Below the pieces are notes generated by a model. The model worked only from the letters and a program-made list of their open reading frames with translations. It made no database searches and was not told the origin of the DNA. Of a DNA stretch of 64,000 nucleotides, positions 38,481 to 54,199 are shown piece after piece (position 1 is the stretch's first letter; each line of letters begins with the position of its first letter). This DNA is from Cycas panzhihuaensis (lineage: Eukaryota > Plantae > Cycadophyta): contig CM041465.1 of assembly GCA_023213395.1 (NCBI GenBank), forward strand, positions 188,425,741 through 188,489,740, in the 5' to 3' direction. The translations under genes were made by a program, and so were the position numbers.

Positions 38481-41400
38481 ATAAAATAATAAAATATATA
38501 TTGTGATATAAATCATGTTCACAACATAGATACATACATTCGTATGTGTGTGTATAGATGTCAAGCACAGAGCTTGAGTGCTAAAACATATGACCAAGTA
38601 ACTAGATTGTTACTGTTGGCTATTAACTTTTATGCATGGGACATTTAGTCATGCCAATAGGATTACATGTTACTTCTCATAATAAGATTCTATGTAAAGA
38701 GGCCAACTTTTCCTATTTAAGATCCCTAAAATATGCATGGTTCATTATGTTGAAATAATATCAAGAGATCATACTATTATATAATTTTGTACCTATTTGG
38801 TTTTCATATTTATGCTTATTTCTATATCTGGTTTAATTACTTTTGCTGAAGTGAATGATATAAAATATTATACTACTCTTTAATCTACAAATCTACTATT
38901 GTATAAATGAATACTCAAGAAGACATGTTCCAAGTTGTATTAGAGCTAAGTTGCAGATCCACCCAAAGAAGTAGATTAATAGAAGGAGCATAAAAATTAG
39001 AGAAGAAAAATTTTCCTTCGTGAAATTTTGGAAATCTTCCCCCATTCTTAATTTTTAATTTCTATATTATTGTTATTTTTTTAAAAATACTATAATTAGC
39101 TACTAGTGGATAACAAGCTCTCTCCCTCCCATATCCCCTAATTATTAAGTAGACACCCTATACTAGAGGTCTTTAAAAATCATAGGGCTCTATTATTTTT
39201 AGCCAAGTGTATATACGTATATGCATGTGCATGAAGAAAATTAGATAACATTAATTATATATGCCTTAGATAGTATATGGATACAAGATCAAGCCTCCAT
39301 GTACCTTTAAGTATATTAGAAGAACCTTACAGGTTTCCTTGCCTTACCTAGAGTAGGAAAATTGTTGGTTGCATATCTTTTAAAGTACACCAATTAGCAG
39401 TTAGCACCAAGAAATTAGTCCTCATGAATATCCTATATTGATTATCATAATTATGGGTATAGATTTTCTCTATAGTTTATACCCTAAGAGATTGGGTCAA
39501 ATAGTGGTAATAACTGTGAAGTTTATCGAGGGCCTTGTAGAACTAGGTACATCTTATTTCTTAAGTCTTAAGTACTTTTAAATATAATACAACATTACTA
39601 AGACTATTGCACATCCCATTACAAACTATTAAATCTATTCATAAATATTATAATATAGTAAGAACACCACCCATCAATACAACAATAATATAATAACAAT
39701 ACAATCCTATAATATGAATACCACAATTCAAAGACATTTTATCCAAAACTTCAGTGTAATTTTCTAAGTCCAATATCAAAACAAGTCTAACCCTCAATAT
39801 AGTGTCTACCTCTTATTTAAAAAAAAAAAAGAGAAGGCCATCACGTGGTATATAGGGTCACTTTAAGAAATACTTATCTAATTCAAATAAAACCTCTACT
39901 AGTAGACTCAAGACAGAGTATAAAGACAAAAAATTTACCCTAGTCAAATATACATCTTATTTTAATTAACGTGTCACACTGATCATTTTGGGCCAGGTCA
40001 CTCTTAACCCATTTTTTTAGCAAAAAATAGTAGGTGGGTCTCACCGACTAAAAAATCACATATAATTTGACTTACATCATCCTAATAAGCTCATTGCACT
40101 CTTTGCATTGTACTAGGTGTGATTATTACCAAAATTTCATCCCATTTAAGCATATTTATTCCTAAGAGATTAATAGGCTATAAAGACATCCATCCCCACC
40201 CTTCTACACTCTTCCTGCCTCTTGAATCTTGTTCTTACTCTCCAATCCCCTTTTGTGGCAAGCATTTCTTCTCCCTTTAACCCCTCTTTTCTCTATTCCT
40301 TTCTTCATCTTCTTTGTAGCTATTAGTATAATGACTCCCATATAAGCCAAAAGCATCCAAAAACATGAAGCATATGTCACCAATCTTGACAAACAACATT
40401 ACATAAAATAAAGATGATTTGTCTAAAGACATTATCAATATTAGTCATAATCTCATAATAGTGGCTAACAATATCACAATAAAAATAGAAAATTTTAGTA
40501 CCAATATTGCCAAACTTAATACAACTATAACTTCATCATCAAACTCGATAGGTAGATTACCTTCACTATTGTTCTCATTAGGTGGACCATATCCACAAGT
40601 ACCTTTGCTGCATCAACAAAGGTAAAACCCATTGCATCATAAGATTAACATACCTAATTTTGAACTTAATGTCAATAAGGACTTATCTAGAACTTGAATT
40701 AGTAAGCTTGAGTCATATTTTATCATAAATATATGGCTTCTAATGAGCAATTGACTTTTGATTCTATTCACTTAGATGATAAGGCTCACCATTATTTCCA
40801 TTGGTGACAAAAAAGAACCATGTATAAACATGGGTCCCATTTTGTGAAAACTTCTTCAAATAATATAGGGATACATAAAATAAGATCCTCTTTATCCATC
40901 TCATTTAGTTAAAGTAGATAACCATAGTTGAATTATACATTAAAAAATTTTAGGCATTACATAACATAATTTCTTAATAGCTTGACCCTAGGACACTTAT
41001 GAAAGTATACGTATCTAGATTAAAGGAGTGCATTCAAATGGTTTTGAAGACACTTTACCTTCCAAGTCTATGGGATGCCGCGTCCATGGCTAAGGTAATA
41101 GAAGCCAAATTTATAATTGAATAATTGTCCAACCTTCGATATGATTCTAGTTGGTTCTAGCATCCCCAATTTATAAAGTAACAACATCCATATCTATAAG
41201 AGATTGACCAGGAGAAACCTTCGATAATACCTTCTTTTGATTTAGTTCACATCCCTCTAAAAGAAGCCAATAGAAGGATGAAAGTTGGGCTTTATATGAA
41301 ATTCATAGAGAAATGGACTCCCAATTACTGTTGAGAGTGCAAAGCAAAAAGGATGATTTGTACCATTAAGGTTGATTACAAAGATGACTATGACATTGAC

Positions 41401-43199
41401 CATGGGGAGCTTGACTAGGATGCTAATGAAATCTCACCTCAATACCCTTTCCCACCATTAGAACTTGAGGCCTCAATATTACTTATTTCTTTTGTGTCTA
41501 GCCCAAAACCTCTCTATGTCAAAGGAACACATAAATGAACATCTATTATTATCCTAATTAATAATAGTATATTAAACTTTATTAACATATCATTGGTATG
41601 ACAACTAAACCCACATATAGTTTCTGAAACTGGGTTCACTTATTCTTTGCTCAAACATCTTTCCCTCCATTCCATAAGAATGATAAAGAATGTATAGATT
41701 CAAATAGGCACATACACCATAATATTAAATTTCTATATGTTATCTATTAATGGGTTTGATTCAATCCTTAGGATCTAGTGGCTCTAAACATTAGGCACGT
41801 GCAACATAAATCATTCCACTAACAACCTTTTGTGTTATTTAAAGACAACTATGGGAAAGCTCATAAACTTCATGGGATATAGTCTCCACTAAATAAAATT
41901 ATCTCCCTTAGAAGAATACATTGGTATAAAATTAATAGTATAGGATACATAATCCATATTAATAGTATTGAACTACACATTAGAACCAATCCTAATATCC
42001 AAAATCTAATTGCCAAGTACTAGTCTATTTTGCACCCATCCTTACTAACACCCCTTCAGATCATGGATTCCATCACTTGATTAAACTAAAATTCCCTTAT
42101 GATCTAATTAGCTTAAGGCCACACCAAAACTCATATTTTTAAAAGAATAAGATTGAGAGAATAATCATTGTACTTATGGATATGGGAGTTATATAACCTA
42201 GCAATAGTCCTTACATAACTCTAATTTTTCCAGTCTAAAAATTAATGACTCATTTTGCATATGTGCAGATTATAGATAACTTAACAAATTTACAATTAAG
42301 AATAAGTTTTTGACATCTAAGATAGATGATATACATAATGAGATCCATAACACAACTATATTTTCTAAACTCAATCTATAATACAGTTACTACTAGATCA
42401 CCATCACCCAAGATTGTTATAAAATAACATTTTATACACATCATGGCTATTTTGAGTTCTAAGTCATGCCCTTCATTCCTTGTAATAGCCCAACCATGTT
42501 TCAATCCCTTATGAATAGGATATTTGTGCCATACCTATGCAAATTTATCATTATATTCTTTGATGATATACTTGCTCATAGCTCTAGGATGCTCCATCAT
42601 CTGAAGTATTTAGAAAATATCCTCTAAATCCTCATACAATAAAAACTTTATTCCAAATTATGAAAGTGTGAATTTGGAAAGACTAAGATATAATACTTGG
42701 GACACATTATCTCCACATAGGATGTTTGAGTTAACCTTGATAAAATCTCCACTATCACATCATGGCCAATGTTGAAAAACTTAATATATCTTTGTACCTT
42801 TCTCTGTCTTATAAGATTTTACAGATGATTTATCCATATTTATTCCTATATTGCTACCTCATGAACTGATTTACTTTGTAAGGACTCATTTTAATAGTCC
42901 TAGGTAACAAAGGATGTATTTAACTAAATCAAGGTCATCATGACTAGGACCCTAGTTTTAGCCATCCCAAAATTTTTGTAACCATTCTAATTGGAATGTG
43001 TTGACTTAGGATTTAGATTAGGTGTTCTCATTATTTAAAAATTTCACCCAATTACCTTTGAGAGTCATAAACTTAAGGACCATGAATATCGGTTATCCAC
43101 CTACTAAAAGGAGATGGAGGCCTTCTTACATGCAATTGATAAGTGGCACTAGTATCTCCTTGGATCAATATTCATAATTCTTATAGACCACCATAACCT

Positions 43200-45546
43200 T
43201 GTTAAAATAACTTAGTTCACACTTCATAAGGCAAAGTGGTAATGCATATTTGTAGAATTAATTTTATTATAATGTTGGTATTCTATGGTGGGTCTCACAC
43301 AAAGCCAAGTTGTGTATTGTAAATACATACTCAATGTATTGTATTATGATATTGATGTAATAATGTTCTTATGGTATTAATTCAAGTTAAGGTACCTTAA
43401 GGGTATCGTTGTGATCCTAGTATTTATTGTTAGTTTTTATTTATGCATTATTATTTTCTATCAATTTCATTTTTTCTATATGGTATTAGAGCTAAGATGA
43501 AGCAAAGTTTATTTACTAATTTCTGCATTGTGTTATTTTGTTAGTTTATCATTTTGTAGGTTTACTAGTTTATTAGTGTCATCTGTGGAGGTGGCTCCAT
43601 AGATCCCATTGCCCATTGTACCTATGTAACTTATATTTGTAAAATCCTAGTTATACCTAGAATATTAACTATGAGAGAGAGGAGGATATACCTAGTTCAA
43701 TCTCATTGTTGCTGTCATTCAAATCCATTTAGAACTATTTTGTAGTACCATCATTAGTTCTATTTCATGGAGATTATTTATGTCATTCAAAGTCATTTGA
43801 CCCATTTAGTATATACAAATTTATTTGAAGGTCTATTTCATATCATTTATAGACTCTATTTTAAGTCAATTACCTTATTATTATCTTGAGTATGATGTGA
43901 TTGTTGTACATCGGTTATAGTTTATTTTCATTTATAAAATAGCATCTTCATTTGATTTTTTAGGTTTTCCAAACATGGTGATGTTTAATGGGGAATATTA
44001 TTTAGAGTGGTTAAGAGACATAGAACTTTATTTAATTTTAAATGACTTGTGGGATTTTATTTCTCAAGGATATATAATTATAGTGCTTATTTATCCAACT
44101 ACTTAGTTAACACTTGATTAAAAAAATAAAAAGGAGAAACTTAAACTAAAGGATAATAACACACTTTGTTGGATCTATTTTACTTTGAATGAAAATGCAA
44201 TCTCCTATGTGTAAATGTGAGATACTTTAGAATCTTTAGTTGAAGTAAGATTGAAGGGGAGTTTTAAGAGTTTTCAAGAAGTAAAATTTTAAGTATAAGA
44301 TTCTTAAGCAAATTTCTAGGAAACTATAAGTTATTAAAGTGATCAAGATACAATTAAACAATATTCTCAAGAAAATTTTCAAGAAACTATAGGTGATGAA
44401 GGTAACTAAGACATAGGTAACTAAGATTCTTGAGAAAATACACATGTTCATGTTAAGAAGGTATGTCAAGAAAACATGGTTAAAAATATTATTAATAAAA
44501 TTATTATCGAATGTGAAAAGACTATAGCTTAATGCACTGTTAAATTTGATGAGACTATTATTATTGAATATGCTCAATGCGATGAACCGATTACCATTAT
44601 TAGATGTGAATAATCTACTAATGATTATGATTAAGTAATTCAAGATGTTGAAGTTTCTTTATTCATTTCTATAGACATTCTTGTTACTTTAAAGTAGATT
44701 GTATTTAAATTTGAAGATGAATCAAATTTAAGTAAAGTTCTTATTTTGAATGTTGATTCAAAATTGAAAATACAAGTTTCAAAAGATAACTCTAACTATT
44801 TAAATAATGATAAAGATTTGCAAGTTGATGAAGATAAACTAGTTGTGATTGAGCCTAATCAAGGAGATATTCTTTATCTAAATTTTGATAAGAAGATGAT
44901 AAGATCTAAAGTGATTTAAAATGATGAATCTAAAGTAAAATAAAAGGAAATTGAAGCAAAAGTTTATGAAATAGTTAATATAAGAGAGACACTATAAGAT
45001 CTACATCAAAACTAGAATGAACTTATATAGATTCAATATGATAATCAAAATACTATATAGAAGATGAAGAACTTAGTTTTATAAAGAATAATGAAGCATA
45101 TCAAGATCAAGAAACATTACTACATTTAAGAGTTGATATAGTAAAGACAAGTTGAAGATCAAATTGAAGACTAAGTTTTAAATATCATTTTCAAGATATT
45201 TCCAAAGATCAAGTATTGTAAATTCAAAGTGATATATATGTTCTCAAATGCATATTATGGGGGAGTGTTAGAATATCTTGGTTCACGTTTCATAAGGCAA
45301 AGTGGTAATAGATATTTTTAAAATTAATTTTATTATGATATTGGTATTTTGTAGTGGGTCCCACATATAACCAAGTTATATATTATAAATATACACTCAA
45401 TGTATCATATTATGATATTAATGTAATGATGTTTTTTATGGTGTAAATTCAAGTTAAGGTACCTTAAGAATACCATTATAATCCTGGTGTTTGTTGTTGA
45501 TTTTCATTTATACATTATTATTTTTTATTAATTTTATTTTTCTATA
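43200..45546 (+). mobile_element. Non-autonomous Copia-derived LTR element (281-bp LTRs) inserted in Gypsy RNase H
   Basis: LTRs 43200-43480 and 45266-45546; PBS TGGTATTAGAGC 43481-43492; PPT ATTATGGGGGAG 45254-45265; TSD AACCT/AGACT (each one change from AGCCT); host RNase H resumes after it. Confidence 0.92.
43939..45265 (+). pseudogene. Single-frame ~442-codon relic ORF: Gag-N + acidic D/E/Q-rich domain + RNase H C-tail
   Basis: Manual translation stays in one frame from (M)ASSFDFLGFPNMVMFNGEYYLEW..NDLWDFISQGY to MKHIKIKKHYYI*ELI..EDQ..IIFKIFPK; only point-mutation stops. Confidence 0.75.
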
Positions 45547-46531
45547 AGACTTCAAATCCTTCTTGATCAACTAACATTATTATAGGAGCAAGTTAAGTGG
45601 CTTGATTACCTCTATGCATTTGATTTTAATATAATATATAAAAGGGAGAAAGACATTAAATAGTAAGAATCATGGTATTATTAAAATCATAAGACATGGA
45701 ATAAATATTACACATCTTAAACCCAAAATTAAATAGTAACTCATTGACCACTATTATTCTAATCAAGAATTTATAATAAGTGACACAGTGTTCCTTTAGC
45801 TTCAACCATACAAGTAAGAATCCTTTTTCAAAAATAAAAATCACAAGCTTATCTCTCACTATTATGGTCCATATAAAGTTATTCAAAAGATTAGACAAGT
45901 CACTTCTAACCTCAAACCCCTACTCGATACCAAAATGCATAATGTTTTTCATGTCTCCTACTTAAAAAAATATCTTGGCAAAGTCATTGTTACTTAGACT
46001 AACTTCCCATTCTGGATGAAGAATAAGCCCCTATGGTCCCTTTAGATCACATCTTGGCTATGAGGTAATACCATCTATGTAACTAGACCATCTTCAAGTA
46101 TTTGATATAGTGGATTAATTGTGATTCTGAAGAGGCAACATGGGAATTGGTAGAATTTGTAAATCAATATCCACATCTCTTTCATTTTATAGACTCAACA
46201 TCTCAAGGGAGGGATTTATCACATAACTACTTGTTAATCATAGAGCTTGATAACTATCATATATAACTGAGTAATTGGAATGTTAATGTTGGTCATTAAC
46301 TTTTGTGCATGGACCATTTACTTTTCCAATAGGATTGTAAGCCACTTCTCACACCAATAAGATTCTATGTAAAGCAACCATCTTTGCCTATTTAAGTCAC
46401 CATAAATATACATGGTTTATTATATTAAAATAATATCAAGAGATTATCTATTGTATATTTTACTACTCATTTGGTATTATATTTGTGTTTATTTCTATAT
46501 TTTATTTACTTATTTTTCTAAAGTGAATGAT

Positions 46532-49231
<2,700 letters not shown>

Positions 49232-49490
49232 TGTTACAATACTAATTAATTAATCTAGTTATTATCAAAGGGGTACTTTAGAATGGTTACATCCATTGAT
49301 CAAAAGATATTATGGTATACATATAAATATGCATCCATTATAAGCATTGATTATCATTCAATTTTATTAATCAAATATATTAGCCTTTTACTATTAAGTT
49401 CTGAGTGTACCTATGTCCTCATGTGCTCTCTATTAGATTTGGTAATTCTCCTCAAATTACAAACTAGGTTCATAACAGGTGGTGTGAAAG
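49232..49490 (+). repeat. Gypsy LTR copy (family of 53620-53881)
   Basis: Colinear with 53620-53881 (ATACATATAAATATGCATCCATTATAA, GTGTACCTATGTCC). Confidence 0.8.
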
Positions 49491-50084
49491 CCATGCTTCT
49501 ACCAATGGAATAGAAAATACATCCTTTTCATTTCAACTTTTACTTGTATCTTCATTACTAACTAGTATCATTACTTGATTTTTGATTATTTCCACTCATG
49601 ATTCTTTGTATTTATTAAGATATCTACTCTGTGCCTAATAAATTAACTAAATTTAGACTATTAAATTGGTGTTTTTGTAATTAAACATACATTAGTTGTA
49701 GGCACTTTTATGAGTAAGCACATAAGAGTTATAGTCTTAATCTATTCAAGCAACTACCATTATGACCTACATTACTTCTTAAAAGGAATATATACCACCT
49801 ATGTACACTCTATATTTAGTTACCCTCACTTGTCTCCATATTTTTATGAGGCAAAGCATCTAGAATTTTGATACATAAATATTGTTGCTAGTTTGCAATT
49901 AGAATTAATAAGGTGATATATCTTGAGAGTCTATCATATATTACATTCTAGTTAACTATGGTGCCTCATATCCCCATCTAAATCATCCTTTCATCAAAGG
50001 CATCCCTATCTTGGATCATTATGTAATGTATCAAAGTTACATCTTATATGATTGTGTAGTACATACATAACATTATTGCCAGAT

Positions 50085-50366
<282 letters not shown>

Positions 50367-51899
50367 TAAAGAACCGGATACATGAATGGACATAGATAAA
50401 CACTACCATTTTCCATTTAATTTGTAGAAGGAATATGCCATTTGAGATATGTGAATAGACACCAGACAAACAGTATCATTTTTCCATTGTGATTTCACCA
50501 TTAGATAGAAAATATGTAATAATACACATCAGTAATATATATACATCAATAGAAGGAATACATAGGAATAATCACAATGTAGAGCAACCTCTAGAATTAT
50601 TATAAATATATATATAGATTATTATTTATATATTATAAAATGTATATTGATTACTAGTCATAGGTATTAAACGTACACGATTATTAGCATTGAGATCTCC
50701 TATATTTTGATATTCTTATATTTGTATGTTTGCATTGCCTCACTTGAAATATATACAATTTGCATCGCTTGAAATATCACCTTGTAGTATTCTTATAATT
50801 TTTAGTGGTCTATGGAAAAATTACCTAGCATTATATTATTGTGAATATATTATCTTATATAACATTAAGTAATTCTCTTAGGTCTATAGAATAGAGTGTT
50901 AAATTAAGGGAAAATTATCTCCTAGCTCTACGTTCCATTGATTCACTCAAAGTTTTGTTCTATAATATGCTTCATTCTAACCCACTATCTAATACCTCGT
51001 CTCTAACTAGGTTCCATTATCATCATTTATCTCTATTATAAAATAAATTAAAAATAATAAATAATCTATAAGATGGCAAGCCCAACTATTGCTAGTCATA
51101 TGGCATCTCATAGTTATGAAAAGCTATAAGTAACATGGTGTGGAATGCCCTACCTACTATAACAAAGTAGTAAAGAATATGTGATAATAATGGTATAGTT
51201 GTGTATACCCTAGTAGCATGCTTAACACTTAGGGGTTATGGATTATTCATGTGGAAATATATTAGTAACTTATAACACCATTGATATATCATAATAGTAA
51301 TATGAATTAGTATCGCCTATCTCATGATAATTTCAAAGAGTAGTCTATGGAAGCAAACTCTCCATTAAGCACTTTTCTACATAAGGCCATTCAAAGACAC
51401 TAAAAAGAAAAGTCACATGGAAATGGAGAGTGATTAAAAAATACTCTTGCAAGTGCTTATAAGATTTGTGAATAACATCAATTGAGGAAGAACATCATCA
51501 TTTAATATCCATTGTAATTGAGGAAGAATGTCATCACTTAATAGTTAGAGCCATGTATATATATAAATAGATAGATAGATAGATAAATAAGTTGTTGTTT
51601 AGGAGGCATACAAAATTTGAGGATTATATAGTTAGTGAGTAGGTCACAACTTATATATACTTGTTAGAGGGGGAAGCCATATTGTTGAAAAGATATAATA
51701 TTAAATCGATTATCACAACTGAGTCTTACCTTCAAATTCTAAGTATCTTTAATTCTTATATTCATAGTTGTGTTTTAAAGATGAGTTGTATTATAATATC
51801 CCTTACACTATTAAATACAATCCTAACACGTTAATGCATAGTTACAAAAGGCAACTTATGGAATCATACATATACCATTGTAAACATAATAAACATTGA

Positions 51900-53881
51900 C
51901 AAAATGGAAAAAAATTTAATCTATAAATACATAGTTGAACCTATTATCTAGGTAGCTTATAAGGTAGTGCAAACATTAATTGCACTCCTAAATTATACCT
52001 AACATCAGATCTTGGAAAAAATAACTATCATGGTAGAAGGCAAAAAAGATGAATTGATTATATTAGGTTTAGAAGATGAAAGGATTAGTTATTAGTTGTA
52101 TGTTAGAACCTGACTAACAAGAGATAGTTTTGGACCTAGAACAATAAAATTAAATCTTACTAATAATCCTATTAAAAAATATCTAAATAACTACTCAAAC
52201 TTAATAGCTAAAAAATAAAAAGTGATTGGTCTCTAATTATAGTCTAATTGTTTATAATCCATATAGTTATAAAAGAAGAAAAAGTTAGAAAATATTTTGA
52301 TCTAATTCTTTAGCATTGAGTAAAAGACACATGAACCAAGAGTATGGATACAACAAATGGAAAATTATTTTTTCTTAGTAGAAATTAAGTCAACTAAGTA
52401 AGTTTCTCTAGTAACATTACACATGGATGGAATTGAATATGAGTGGTGGCAGAGCTTAAGGCATACCACATTTTAAAACCAATTGCTAATGTGGAAGAAG
52501 TTCATTCATTTATTCATCAAAAGATTCAAAGTTATAATCAATCACAAATATTATTATAAATTATAGGTATTAAGGTAAACAAGAATTGTAGAAGAATATA
52601 ACATAACATTTACTAAATTGAGTTATGTAGTAGAATATATTCCAACTAATAGATTCATTTAGTTAGATATTGATGGTCTAATAATGGAAATTCAAGTAGA
52701 TGTAAAGACTCAAAAAAATGTTGATCTTAATAAAGAAATATAATTATCCAAAACACATGAAGATAAGATTAATGTATTATGTAAGACAGAGACAAAAACC
52801 TATATTCCTCTATTTTACTAGCCTAGTGTATTACTAATTGTATAGTCTAATATAGTACAAGTCAATTTTAATTAACTTTCTAAACCAATCTTTCAAAAGA
52901 TAAGAACTAAATAAGAAGAGTTAAGAAAATAAGATCTATGCTTTAGATGTGAAGAAAAGCATGTACTTGGGTATAAATGCTAAAAAAACTATCTATATAC
53001 AATAAGATTATTACCTATAGAAGATATTGAAAAAGATGAGGAAGAGCAAGGATTATAAAATAACTATAAAAATTGTCACAATTATGAATCTTAGGAAAAT
53101 TACTATAATCTAAAGACTAACATCCCAAAAATATCATTTTTAGCTAAGAGTAGTTTAACTAGATCAAATATATTAAAACTATAAAGATTTATCAAGAAAG
53201 AAGTTATTACAATCTCAATAAATCTAGATAATACTTATAATTTCATTCATAGAAATTATGCTTAATAATTAAGGTTAACTAGGAAGTATCATCAAGGTAT
53301 AATAGCTCAACTTTTCATATTTTAGGCAAAAATAAGACTAACAACTAAAAAGGATAAAGTGCACAATACACCCCAAAATACAAGGAAAATTTTTGAAACC
53401 TTTAAGTAGGGTTATCTTTTGATAGAAGCTGAATACTAGATTAATCTCATAATGGCCATAAACTCAATGATTATTTAGCCATATAAGGAAAAATATCACT
53501 ATCAAGATAAAAAATTGACATAATATTAGACAAAGAATTATGATATTCTTTAAATGGATCATGGCTAATCATTATTTTTAATTATATTTCAAGGATAGAA
53601 CATTTCAAATAGGGGGTGTTATTATGACCCCAATTAATTAATCTAATAATTATCAAAAAGGTGCCTTTAAATGGTTGCTTCTATTTACTAAAAGACATTA
53701 TGGAATACATATAAATATGCATCCATTATAAACATTAAACATCATTCATTTTTATCAATCAAACATATTAGTCTTTTGACTATTAAATTCTTTAGTGTAC
53801 CTATGTCCTTATGTGCTTTCTATTGGATTTAAAAATTCTCCTTAAGTTATGAACTAAGTTCATAATAGATGCTATGTCATA
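51900..53881 (+). mobile_element. Internally deleted Gypsy relic (gag, protease start, PPT, 3' LTR)
   Basis: TLHMDGIEYEWWQ (gag), ELRK*DLCFRCEEKHVLGYKC (~52918-52980), NTYNFIH; PPT AGGGGG ~53611-53616; LTR 53620-53881. Confidence 0.75.
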
Positions 53882-54199
53882 TTATTAAGGAAAACTAATT
53901 ATATACTATTTTAGGGTTTTCTTAAGACTGGTGGAGGATTATTCAATATATGATAATGAAATATATACTATAGTATACTTAGTGTAGCATTGGTGACCCT
54001 ATCTCCCTAGTGAGAAAACTATTATTTATTTATATTACTAGTGGTTGCATTATCATTAGGCTTAATCTAATGTGGAGAATGGTCAACATCTAAATGGGTG
54101 GAGAATAGTCAACATCTAAAATGGATCACACCTTCATCTAATCCAAGAAAGATATTATGGATAAAGTTACAAATTTTGTTTCTATATCTCTAATTTGTT

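Larger units (their letters stand above)
38550..46531 (+). mobile_element. Near full-length chromovirus-type Ty3/Gypsy (two LTRs, integrase core largely deleted), containing nested element 43200-45546
   Basis: LTR copies ~38550-38932 and ~46217-46531 (shared AATAAGATTCTATGTAAAG, CCTATTTAAG, AAGTGAATGAT); PBS TTGTATTAGAGC 38935-38946; RT IIIFFDDILAHS (~42547-42582); RNase H HPITFESHKL; chromo KYLI*WINCDSEEATWE; PPT CAAGGGAGGGA ~46204-46214. Confidence 0.85.

Noticed and set aside
44236-44643. 135-aa hydrophobic minus-strand ORF
   Set aside because: Antisense shadow of the acidic plus-strand relic ORF.
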